A DNA stretch of 64,000 nt from a virus (Duplodnaviria > Caudoviricetes), in IMG/VR virus record IMGVR_UViG_2928826531_000001, positions 31,603 to 95,602 of that record; one strand, 5' to 3'. Within the stretch, counting starts at the first letter, position 1. Every line of letters starts with the position of its first letter. Below the pieces are notes generated by a model. The model had not been told where the DNA came from, searched no databases, and saw nothing but the letters and a program-made list of their open reading frames with translations. The position numbers and the translations under genes were made by a program. Below are positions 17,350 through 27,400 of the stretch, in pieces.

Positions 17350-20300
17350 ATGGCCATTGAATCTCGCCTTCTCGATCTTACGGTGTCGTCCGAAGGCGTG
17401 CGGGCGGGTGTTGCTCAGGCGCAATCGCTTCTCGCCTCACTCACGTCTGATCTGGGCAAGGCGCAGGTCGCAGCTGCCGAGACGAACATTAAGGTTCGGG
17501 ATGCCGGTGTCGGCATCGGGCGCGCGTTTGCCAGCGTCACGAAGGACCTGCTCCCCGCCGCTGATGGGTTGACGAAGATCGCCCGCCAGATCGATGCCGT
17601 CGGTCAGGCTCAGACGCGTGGCGCGGCGAGCCACAAGCAAGCGGCCGACATGATCAACCGGCTGACGGGAAGCCTGTCCGAGGCTGAGCGTGAGGTGGTA
17701 GGCCTCATCCAAGCGTCCGGGCAAACGGAAAGGGCGCTTGAGTCCTCGTTCAAGAAGGGGACGCTGTCCGCTGCCGATTACAAGGCGAAGGTGCTGGAGG
17801 CGCGTGAAGCAACCTACCAGCAGGTCGCCGCGCTCCAGGACGTGATCGACGCCCAAGAGCGATCCGCAAAAGCGGCCGCGGGCCTCGACGCCCTGCGCCG
17901 GCAGTACGATGCGACCTACGCCGAGATCCGCCGCTACGGCGAGGCGATGACAAGCGCGAAGGCGGTTCTGGACGCCGTCAACGCTTCGGAAAACGAGCGC
18001 GCCCGCATCCTGAAGTCCGTCTCGGACGCCTATGATCCTGCGATCAAGGCCTCCAATGCCCGCGCCGCCGCCTTGCAGAAGGAGCAGGAGGCCCAGGCTG
18101 CCCTCATGGCCTCGTATCGGGAGCAGGCGGCTCTTGCCCGGTCCCAGACCGAAGGCCAAGCGATGTGGAACACCTACGCCGGGGTTCAGGCTGCGCCGAC
18201 CGGTTCTGCAGCGGTTTCGGCCGCGGTCTTCCAGGAAGCCGCCGCCGCTGAAAAAGCGGCGATTGCGCGGAGCTTGCGACGCGACGCAATCGACGCTGAG
18301 ACGCGCGCGATGGAGCAGCAGGCTAAAGTCGACGCTGCCGCCGCGCTGCGGGAAGAGGCGCAGGCCCTAGACGCCCTGAAAGCGCGCGTTGACCCAGCTG
18401 CCGCAGCGCTCCGGCGTCTCGACGAGGATAAGGCCAAGCTCGACGCCGCCTTCGCGGCCGGGAAATTGACCGGTGGAAAAGCAGAATACGATGACCTCAC
18501 GGCCGCGATCAGTCGCAATCGGGCGATGATCGAGGCCTCGACGGTCAGTCAAAAAGGGATGACCAATGCCCTTGGTCTGACACGAGCGCAGATGGCGGCG
18601 CTGTCGCCACAGATCAACGACATCGTGTCCGGCCTCATCATGGGCCAGCCGCCCATGATGATCTTTGCGCAACAATCCGGCCAGGTCGTCCAGGCTCTAC
18701 AAGCCGGCGGCGCCGAGATGCCGGCATTCGCCGCCGGCACGTTGGCCATCGCCGCTGGGTTCGCCGCTCTTGCGGCGGGATACGCGGGCGTCATCTACGC
18801 AGTCCACAGCTATCGTTCCGAGGTCAAGGAGGTGGAGCGCGTCAACGCGCTTGTCGGTCAGTCGGTCGGCATGACGACGTCGGGGCTGCTGAAACAGGCT
18901 GAAGGAATCGGCAACGCCGCGGGCATTTCCACGGCGAGCGCCCGAGCTATCCAGAACGCCTACCTCGGGACGGGAAAAATCGGGGGCACAGTCCTCACGG
19001 AGTTGGCAGCCACCACCAGAGGCTGGGCACTGGCAACCGGCCAGGATCTGGACGCCGCCCGCGATGATCTAGCCAGGTTGTTTGCCGACCCGACGCGGGC
19101 TGTTGACGAACTGACGGCGAAGTATGGGGCGTTCGATGATGCCCAGCGGCAACTGATAAAAAACTACCAGGCTCAAGGCAATCTGGAACGTGCTCAAGCC
19201 CTTCTCCTCCAGGGGATTGAGGATCGAGCCAAAGGCGCGGCCGAGCGCATGTCGGCTCTCGGAAAGGCATGGGAGTGGATCAAGAAGCAGGCTAACGATG
19301 GAGTCGAATGGGTCGGCGAAAACGCCGGAGAACCGTCTCGGCAGAAGCGCATCGAAATGCTGCAACTGCGCCAGACCAACGGCATCTATCTGACGAGTGG
19401 CCTGCGTCAGGATGATGCGGATGAGTTGGCCGCGCTCCAGCAGCTTGAACAGGATGACGCGATCCAGGCATGGGCAAGCAAGGTTCGCGCCGAGTTCGTT
19501 CGCCTGTCGAATGCTACCGGTGATTTCGCGAGGTCCATCGACCCGGCTCTTGCTGCGTCCACGAACCTGACCAACGCTGAAAAGCTACTCGACAAGGCTG
19601 TTTCGGAAAACGTCATCACTCGTGGAGAAGCGTCGCGCCTGATGGGTTTGTACCGGGAGCAGCTGAGTTCGGCGGCCGGGGCTATGGCGGATCTCCAGCG
19701 TCAAGCCGCCGCCTTTAACGCCCCCGCCGGCTTCGAGCGACGTTTTGCGCAAGTGGTGAACCAAGCCTCGAATAACGGGAAGGAGCCACTACCGGCAACC
19801 GGCCCGACCAGCGCAACAGAACTACGCAGCGGCTTGGTCGATGTGGCTGTTGGCGAGGTGCGCGATCAGGTGGCACTGGTCCAGCGTCAGGCGACCGCGC
19901 AGCAGCTTCTGGCCGGGGCGATCACCGACACCGCGCGGGCCCAGGCCCAGGCGCGCGGGCAGTTTGCCGAGGTGATCGCCCAGTACCCCGATCTCGACGC
20001 GAAAACCGCGTCAGCTGCCCTTACCACCAAAAACTTCGGCGTGTTCTTGAAGACCCTGCCGCAGCCGTTGCAGGATCTTTGGAAGCAGATGAACGCGAGC
20101 GCGGAAGCCCAGGTCGCGGGTAGCATCAATCAGGCGACCGTCCAGATGCGGTTGCAGTCCGAGGCCGCCGACCGTCTGGCCGAGGCTGCGGGGAAGGGCG
20201 AAGCGGCGCAGAGGCGCGCGAACATCGAAAACCAAGTGGCGGCGGCCTCGCTCCATGGCCTCGCCGGAGCCACGCGCGCCGCGCTGGAGGCGCAGGAAGC

Positions 20301-21504
20301 CGCCGCACGCCGCCAAATCCACGCGGATTTCGCAGCCCAGATCAACCTCGACGTAGCTGCGAACCAGCGCCTTGTCACTGGCATGCAGCAAGGTGTTGCC
20401 GCTTGGCGGTCCGCCGAGATCTACAATAAGGCGGTGGCCCAGGCTATGCGGGAAGTCCCGCCAGAATACGATGCGGCGGGCAATGCAACTGGTCGGTTTT
20501 CGAAGGCGATTGCGGACAATGTCGCGAAGTTGAAAGAGCAACAAAGCGCAGCCGATGGGGTCAACCTTTCCACCTATACCCAGCAGGTCGAAAGCCAAGG
20601 CCGCAAGCTGGCGCTCGACCGCAGTCTAATCGGGGCAACGCCGGAGCAGGAGGCTGTGGCCCGGGCGCGGTTCGAGGCCGACGAGTGGCTCCGGTCGCAA
20701 AAACTTTCCTACGCGTCGCTCAACGACGACCAAAAGCGGCAATACGACAACATTCTGAAGATCGCTGAGGCCAACGCGAAGGCGGGCGTCGAGATTCAGC
20801 GATGGACGCAGTACGGCGAGGTCTTCACCAACGCCTTCGACCGCGTGGGCGATGCTCTGACCCAAGCCTTCACCCAGGGTGGCGCCTCGGCCGTGAGCTT
20901 CCGCTCGGTGGTGTCGGGCGTCCTGGCCAGCATTGCCACAGATCTGCTGAAAATCACCGCCATCACGCCGTTCAAGAACTGGGCGCTCGGCGGCATCAGC
21001 AGCCTGCTCGGCTTTGCCACGGGAAGCGCCGGTGGCGCCGACCCGCTTGCCGGCTGGCAGTCCTCGGCACAGGCCGCCGGTGACGCCGTGATGCAGCTTT
21101 ATGCCCCGACCCGCCACACCGGCGGCTTGGTGGACATGTCCGGCGCGGGACGGTGGGTGAATTCTGCCGTCTTCGATGGTGCTCGCCGCTACCACACCGG
21201 CGGTGTTGCCGGTCTCGCCCCTGACGAGGTGCCGGCCATCCTGCGGCGCGACGAGGAGGTCATCACCGAAAGCGACCCGCGGCACCGGTTCAACAGTGGG
21301 GTCCGCGCCCCGGCCAACGAGAACTCCGGCAGCGTCACGATCAATATGCCGATCACCGTCAACGGTTCGGCTGGCTCCCAGGAGCAAAACGCCGACCTCG
21401 CCAAGCAGATCGGTCGTGAGGTGCAGAGCCAGGTGGACGCGCGTGTCCTCGCGGTGCTCCGTCAGCAGTCCCGCAACGGCGGCATGCTCAGCCCAGCGGC
21501 ATAA
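17350..21504 (+). CDS. Tail tape measure protein
   Basis: About 1384 aa, Ala-rich helical; QINDIVSGL..GQ.P..IFAQQ.GQ domain; C-terminal YHTGG..DEVPAIL..EEVI. Confidence 0.93.
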   Translation: MAIESRLLDLTVSSEGVRAGVAQAQSLLASLTSDLGKAQVAAAETNIKVRDAGVGIGRAFASVTKDLLPAADGLTKIARQIDAVGQAQTRGAASHKQAADMINRLTGSLSEAEREVVGLIQASGQTERALESSFKKGTLSAADYKAKVLEAREATYQQVAALQDVIDAQERSAKAAAGLDALRRQYDATYAEIRRYGEAMTSAKAVLDAVNASENERARILKSVSDAYDPAIKASNARAAALQKEQEAQAALMASYREQAALARSQTEGQAMWNTYAGVQAAPTGSAAVSAAVFQEAAAAEKAAIARSLRRDAIDAETRAMEQQAKVDAAAALREEAQALDALKARVDPAAAALRRLDEDKAKLDAAFAAGKLTGGKAEYDDLTAAISRNRAMIEASTVSQKGMTNALGLTRAQMAALSPQINDIVSGLIMGQPPMMIFAQQSGQVVQALQAGGAEMPAFAAGTLAIAAGFAALAAGYAGVIYAVHSYRSEVKEVERVNALVGQSVGMTTSGLLKQAEGIGNAAGISTASARAIQNAYLGTGKIGGTVLTELAATTRGWALATGQDLDAARDDLARLFADPTRAVDELTAKYGAFDDAQRQLIKNYQAQGNLERAQALLLQGIEDRAKGAAERMSALGKAWEWIKKQANDGVEWVGENAGEPSRQKRIEMLQLRQTNGIYLTSGLRQDDADELAALQQLEQDDAIQAWASKVRAEFVRLSNATGDFARSIDPALAASTNLTNAEKLLDKAVSENVITRGEASRLMGLYREQLSSAAGAMADLQRQAAAFNAPAGFERRFAQVVNQASNNGKEPLPATGPTSATELRSGLVDVAVGEVRDQVALVQRQATAQQLLAGAITDTARAQAQARGQFAEVIAQYPDLDAKTASAALTTKNFGVFLKTLPQPLQDLWKQMNASAEAQVAGSINQATVQMRLQSEAADRLAEAAGKGEAAQRRANIENQVAAASLHGLAGATRAALEAQEAAARRQIHADFAAQINLDVAANQRLVTGMQQGVAAWRSAEIYNKAVAQAMREVPPEYDAAGNATGRFSKAIADNVAKLKEQQSAADGVNLSTYTQQVESQGRKLALDRSLIGATPEQEAVARARFEADEWLRSQKLSYASLNDDQKRQYDNILKIAEANAKAGVEIQRWTQYGEVFTNAFDRVGDALTQAFTQGGASAVSFRSVVSGVLASIATDLLKITAITPFKNWALGGISSLLGFATGSAGGADPLAGWQSSAQAAGDAVMQLYAPTRHTGGLVDMSGAGRWVNSAVFDGARRYHTGGVAGLAPDEVPAILRRDEEVITESDPRHRFNSGVRAPANENSGSVTINMPITVNGSAGSQEQNADLAKQIGREVQSQVDARVLAVLRQQSRNGGMLSPAA

Positions 21505-21515
21505 GGGACGGAGCC

Positions 21516-21872
21516 ATGCCCCTTCAGACCTTCTCTCCTCCGCGGGCTCCAAGCTTTCAGAGCCAGAAGTCCGTTCAGCCGCGCATCCTGAAGGCGTCGT
21601 TCGGCGACGGCTACACCCAGCGGACTGCGGACGGCCTCAACACGATGCCGCAGTCGTGGGATCTCCGGTGGGACGCCCTACGCGCGACGGATGCGGACGC
21701 GATCGAGGCCTTCTTCGTCGCGACCGGTGGCTACAAAGCGTTCTGGTGGACGCCGTTCGACCAAGGCAGCCCGCAACCGCTGAAGTTCATCGTCGAGAGC
21801 TGGACGAAAGCGCCCGTCGGCACACGGGTCTATTCGGTCAGCGCGAAGCTCACCCAAGTCTTCGACCTCTAA
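21516..21872 (+). CDS. Minor tail protein M (distal tail)
   Basis: FGDGYTQR..DGLN, AF.WTP. Confidence 0.92.
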   Translation: MPLQTFSPPRAPSFQSQKSVQPRILKASFGDGYTQRTADGLNTMPQSWDLRWDALRATDADAIEAFFVATGGYKAFWWTPFDQGSPQPLKFIVESWTKAPVGTRVYSVSAKLTQVFDL

Positions 21873-21882
21873 GGCCCCCGAC

Positions 21883-22626
21883 ATGACAACACCGACCCTG
21901 CCGCCGGCTCTTGCAGCCGAGGCGCACTCCGACGCGCCCGATCCCATCGTCACGCTGTATGACCTCGACACTGCTGTCTATGGCGGCGGCACCTACCATT
22001 TCACGGACAACTCCGGCAATGGTGCCCCGATCAAGTGGCGCGGCAACGACTATCAGCCCTTCGACCTGGAGTCCGAGGGATGGGAATGGTCCGGACGCGG
22101 CCCGCTTCCGACACCGCGCCTGCGCCTGACCAACGCCAACATGCTGCTGTCATCGCTGATCGCCACGTACGATGACCTGATTGGCTGCCGGGTGACGCGG
22201 TGGCGGACCATGGCTCGCTTCCTCGACACCGGCGCGACACCGAGTCCTGGCGATCATTTCCCGCCAGACGTGTACGTCATCGAACGCAAGGCCGTGCAGA
22301 CCAAGCAGGTTGTCGAGTTCGAGTTGTCGGCTGCGCTCGACCAGCAGGGGCGCATGCTGCCGGGGCGCCAAGTCATCCGGGATAGCTGCACGCACACTTA
22401 TCGGCGCTGGAACAGTCTGACCGGCGGTTTCGACTACAGTAAGGCAAGCTGCCCCTTCGCCGAGACCGGCGCCGGCTGCTACTTCGACCGCCTTGGCAAC
22501 CCCGTGACCGACCCGAGCCAGGACGTCTGCGGCAAGCGGCTGAGCGACTGTCGGCTGCGCTTCAACCGCTACGGCTTCCTGTTCACCCGCGCCTTCCCCG
22601 GCGCCGGACGCGTGAGGGGCTCATGA
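21883..22626 (+). CDS. Minor tail protein L
   Basis: P.PRLRL.N, V.RWRT.ARFLD, FELS..LD, LP.RQ...C..YR, DVCGKRLSDC.LRF (Fe-S cysteines). Confidence 0.93.
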   Translation: MTTPTLPPALAAEAHSDAPDPIVTLYDLDTAVYGGGTYHFTDNSGNGAPIKWRGNDYQPFDLESEGWEWSGRGPLPTPRLRLTNANMLLSSLIATYDDLIGCRVTRWRTMARFLDTGATPSPGDHFPPDVYVIERKAVQTKQVVEFELSAALDQQGRMLPGRQVIRDSCTHTYRRWNSLTGGFDYSKASCPFAETGAGCYFDRLGNPVTDPSQDVCGKRLSDCRLRFNRYGFLFTRAFPGAGRVRGS

Positions 22627-23321
22627 TCCTCGACCCCGCTGTCATTTCCGCGGCCAAGGCGCACGCCGTCGCCGAGCACCCGCGCGAGAGCTGCGGCCTG
22701 GTCACAGCCGCCGGTTACGTGCCGTGCCGCAACGTGCACCCCGATCCGCTCGACCACTTCGAGATCGCGCCGGAGGAGTTGCTACGCGACGACGTCCGCG
22801 CCGTCCTGCACTCCCACATCGCGGAGCGACACGACCCCTGGCCGAGCCAGGGCGACATGGGGCAGCAGATCGCGATGGACGTGCCGTGGGGCATCATCGT
22901 GACCGACGGCGTCGGGGCGCTGGATCCGATCCTGTGGGGCGACTTCCTGCTCGACACGCCACTGGTCGGCCGCCCCTTTGTGCACGGCGTCACCGACTGC
23001 TACGCGCTGATCCGCGCCTACTACCATCAGGAGCGCGGCGTCACCCTGCCCGACCATGCCCGGACTTACGAATGGTGGACGGCGGGCGAGAACCACTACC
23101 TCGACCATTTCGCCCGTCACGGCTTCCGCGTCATCGATGCCGGGGAGGCGCGGCCGGGCGATGGCTTCCTTGCCCAGGTCCTGAGCCCGGTGCCGAACCA
23201 CGCCGGCGTGCTGATCGAGGACGGCCTGGTGCTTCACCACCTCGACCGCCGCCTGTCGCGCCGCGAACCCGCCTTTCCGTGGAAGCGGCACATCACCCAC
23301 TGGATGAGGCTTGAGGCATGA
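22623..23321 (+). CDS. Tail protein K (JAB/MPN + NlpC/P60)
   Basis: P.ESCG, HSH..PS..D; DCY.LIR, NHAGV, LHH. Confidence 0.93.
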   Translation: MILDPAVISAAKAHAVAEHPRESCGLVTAAGYVPCRNVHPDPLDHFEIAPEELLRDDVRAVLHSHIAERHDPWPSQGDMGQQIAMDVPWGIIVTDGVGALDPILWGDFLLDTPLVGRPFVHGVTDCYALIRAYYHQERGVTLPDHARTYEWWTAGENHYLDHFARHGFRVIDAGEARPGDGFLAQVLSPVPNHAGVLIEDGLVLHHLDRRLSRREPAFPWKRHITHWMRLEA

Positions 23322-24418
23322 CGACCATCGTTCTGCATGGCCGCCTGCGTCGTGAGTTTGGCGGCCCCTTCGTCCTGCAGGTCTGCTCGGCCGCCGAGGC
23401 GGCGCGTATGCTAATCGCCCAGGTGCCCGGCTTTCGCGCTGCGCTTCGCGAGGGCTACTACCGCATCGTCTACGGTCCCAAGGCGGCGGTGAAGCGCGGA
23501 CGCACGATGGGGGGATACGAGATCGGCGAGTCCGATCTGACCCTGCGCACCGGAGCCGAGGCGATCCACTTCGTCCCGGTCGCGGCCGGCGCCGGGCGCG
23601 GCGCGGGCAAGACGATTCTTGGCGCCGTGATCGCTGTAGTCGCGGTTGTTGCGGCGGTATACACCGGCGGCGCCTCGCTGAGCGCGCTCGGAGGCTCCAT
23701 CGCTGGCACCGGCATCACCTATGGCTCGGTCGCTCTGTTCGGCATTTCGATGATGGTCGGCGGCATCTCACAGATGCTTTCGCCGATGCCCAAGGCGCCA
23801 AACGCCACCGAAACAGACAAGACGAACAGCTACCTACTCGGCGGGCAGCTCAACATTTACGAGCAGGGCGGCCCGGTGCCGCTGGTCTACGGACGCTATC
23901 GCGTCGGCACGACGTTGGTCTCGGCGGGCCTCGATACCGCGATCATCATGGGCGGCGGCCCGGTCGGCACGCCGGCCGAGGGCGGCAGCGCCGGTGGCGA
24001 CAGCCTGCCGACCATGGAGACGCCGGGCCCGGTCGACACCGATCGGCCGACGTACGGCCCGATCGTGCTGAAGCCCTCGGCCTCCGTCGTGACAGGCTTC
24101 CGCCTCTATTCGATCAGCAACGGCACCCTCACCAAAGCCGACGGTTCGCAGGTCGCGGCCGGCGAGGTGCTGACGCTTGATCAGGGGGCCGCCGGCCTGA
24201 CCTTCACCGGCGCCGGCACCGTGGTCGACGGCTACTGGCCGAGGCCGCCGCGCTTCACAGTGCAGCAGATGGCCGGCGGCTCCCCCTATGGCGGTGAGGC
24301 GACCTTCGGCTCGACCGGCTCCTTCATCAGCAGCAGCGACGGCAGCGTGGGCGGCGGCTCGGCGGTCGGCGCCCCCGACAACGATGGTGGCCCTGGCCAC
24401 TCCGGCGGAATGTGGTGA
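23318..24418 (+). CDS. Tail assembly protein I with C-terminal extension
   Basis: L.G.L...FG, IHFVPV.AGA, QGGPVPLVYG; about 150 extra C-terminal residues. Confidence 0.88.
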   Translation: MTTIVLHGRLRREFGGPFVLQVCSAAEAARMLIAQVPGFRAALREGYYRIVYGPKAAVKRGRTMGGYEIGESDLTLRTGAEAIHFVPVAAGAGRGAGKTILGAVIAVVAVVAAVYTGGASLSALGGSIAGTGITYGSVALFGISMMVGGISQMLSPMPKAPNATETDKTNSYLLGGQLNIYEQGGPVPLVYGRYRVGTTLVSAGLDTAIIMGGGPVGTPAEGGSAGGDSLPTMETPGPVDTDRPTYGPIVLKPSASVVTGFRLYSISNGTLTKADGSQVAAGEVLTLDQGAAGLTFTGAGTVVDGYWPRPPRFTVQQMAGGSPYGGEATFGSTGSFISSSDGSVGGGSAVGAPDNDGGPGHSGGMW

Positions 24419-24423
24419 GTCCG

Positions 24424-27400
24424 ATGACGGAAATGAATCTACGCGGCATCCTCGGCGCCGGTGGCGGCAAAAGCGGCGGGTCGTCCGGGGCGGGCGCCGT
24501 CGAGGATCCAAACAACCTGCAATCCAACACGATCGCCCGCTTCCTCGACGTCATCGCCGAGGGCGAAATTGGCGGCTTGGTGGACGGCGCGAAGTCGATC
24601 TACATCAACGGCACGCCGCTGCAGGCGAGCGACGGCACCTACAATTTCGCGGGCGTCTCGTGGCAGTCGCGCAATGGCACGACCTGGCAGGCACCGGTCG
24701 CCGGGTTCAGCGACGTCGAGCACGAGGTCAACCTCAACAACCGCAAGATCACCGTCGCGGGCTCGCCCGGTCCGCTCATCACGACCATCGAGAATGGCAC
24801 CATCGACCGCTTGCGCGTCACGATGGCCGTCGACGCGCTGACGCAGCAGGACACCAGCAACGGCAACCTGCATGGTGCGGCGGTCCAGTACGCGATCGAC
24901 ACCCGCCCGGAAGGCGGCGCCTGGACCGAGGTCCTGAACGACACCATCAGCGGCAAGACCACGTCGACCTTCCCCAAGGCTGTCTATGTGAGCAAGCCGG
25001 CCGGCGCGACTGGGCGGTGGGATTTCCGGGTCCGGCGCCTCACGCCGGACTCCACGACCGTCACGCTGCGCAACGACCTGTACGTCGTCAGCTACACCGA
25101 GATCACCGACAGCTGGCTGGTCTACCCCGACACTGCCCTGATGGCGGTGGAGATCGACGCCAAGCAGTTCGGCTCCAGCATTCCAGACCGCACCTACGAG
25201 GTGTGGGGGCGCAAGATCCGCGTGCCGGCCAACTACGACCCGGTCGCCCGCACATACGCGATCAGCGGGCCCGGAACGTCGGGGGGTATCTGGGATGGCA
25301 GCTTCAAACTGGCGGTGACCGACAACCCGGCCTGGGTTCTCTACGACCTGTTGACTGATGAGCGGGCGGGCCTCGGCGCGGTGTTCGGCGGATTGGCGCC
25401 GGATAAGGGCAGCTTCTACCAGATCGCCAAATATTGCGACGCTAGCATTCCCGATGGCTTCGGCGGCACGGAACCGCGCTTCCGCTGCTCGTGCGTCCTC
25501 AACACGCGGGAGGAGGCTTACAAGGTCCTCCAGTCGATCGCATCGAGCTTCCGCGGCATGCTCTATTGGGCGAGCGGCACGGTCTACGCAGCCGCCGACA
25601 TGCCGGCGGATCCGGCGAAGCTGGTCACGCCGGCCAACGTCATCGACGGCCTGATCAGTTACGAGGGCACGGCGCTCAAGGCCCGCCATTCGGTCGTCGC
25701 GGTGACATGGTACGACCCGGCCGACGGCTACAAGCCGGCCGTCGAGTTGGTCGAGGATCCGGAACTGATCGCGCTCTACGGCTGGCGGCAGGCTGACGTG
25801 ACGGCCTACGGCTGCACCTCGCGCGGCCAGGCGCGCCGCCAGGGTCTGTGGGTCCTCAACAGCGAACGCTATGAGACCGAGACCGCGACCTGGACAGCCG
25901 CCCTCGACCACGCCGACGTGAAACCGGGCGACATCGTGGAGATCCGCGACCCGGTGCGGGCCGGCGTGCGCTTCGGCGGACGACTGGCGGGCGTCACCGA
26001 CGCGCACCGGGTCACGCTCGACGCTCCCGTCGATCTGGCTGCCGGACACAGCTATCAGCTTTCTGTGATGCTGCCCACCGGCGCCGTCGAGTCCCGCCCG
26101 GTGGTCACCGACGGGCAGGCCAAGACGCTGCTGACGCTCGACCTCGACACGCCCTACTCGATGACGCCGGAGGTCGGCAAGGTGTGGGCGCTGGTCGGCA
26201 CCGACGTATCGTCGTCGCTGTGGCGCGTCGTCGCCAACCAGCAGAGCGAGGCGCACCTCTACAAGATCACCGCGCTCAAGCACGACAGCACCAAATACGC
26301 GCGCATCGAGCTGGGCCTCAAGATCGACCCGCTGGCCTACACGCGCCTGACCACCGGCGACGCAGTTCCGGCCCCGCAGAACGTCACCGTCACCAAGCAG
26401 ACCTACTCGGTGCCGGGCGGGCTGCGCACCCGCTTCCTGTTGAGCTGGTCGCCGCCGAACAGCGCCATCGTGTCCGCCTACCAGGTGCAGTACGAGACGC
26501 CGTCCGGCCTGTGGGTCGACGCCGGCAAGATCGTCACCGTCAGCTACGAGATCAACGACCTTGAGATCGGCAGCTACCGCTTCCGCGTCCGCTCGCTGAC
26601 CAAGGACAACCGCGGCTCCAGCTGGGTGATGGCGTCGTCGACGGTCGCCGCGACGGACGAGGAGTTCGCCGCGCCGCCGCAGACGCCGACCCAGCTGACG
26701 CTGAACACCAGCGTCTACGAGGACGAGCGCGCCGGCACGACGCTGGTCGCGCTCGGCGCCGCCTGGGTGCCCGGCTTCGACAGCGACATCAAGCATTTTG
26801 AGGTCGCGCACAAGCGCACCAGCGACACCGAGTGGACGGTCGACCGCACCACCGACACGGTGAAGACCTGGTGGGTCGACGCCGGCACCGAGTACCACGT
26901 CAAGGTGCGCGCGGTCGATCTGCTCGACCAGCCCTCGGCCTACACCGCGGACGCCGTCATCACCTCGGCGATTCCGCTGACCAAGCCGAGCGCCCCGGCG
27001 CTGAGCGACGCCACGCTGAACGAGCACAACCTCGGCGAAACGACGGTGCGGCGTAAGGTCGACGTGCACTGGGCGGCCAACCCGGTCGAGGAGCGCGTCA
27101 GCTCCTACATCGTCATGGTCGGCAGCGCCGCGCTGCAGGGCGGCTTCGAGATGCCGGCCACCGGCACGTCCTACAGCTACGAGTGGACGGGCTCGCGCGG
27201 GCCCGGCTACACGCACGTCCGTGTCAGAGCCGTCAACGTCAAGGGCCAGAAGTCGGATTGGTCGGCCTGGTTCCCGTTGACCGTCGTCGCCGACACCACG
27301 CCGCCGGCCGACCCGACCGGCCTGACCGCCTCGCCCGGCCTGCGCCTGCTCAACTGGTCCTGGACGAACCCGACCGACGACGACTTCGCCGGCGTTGAGG

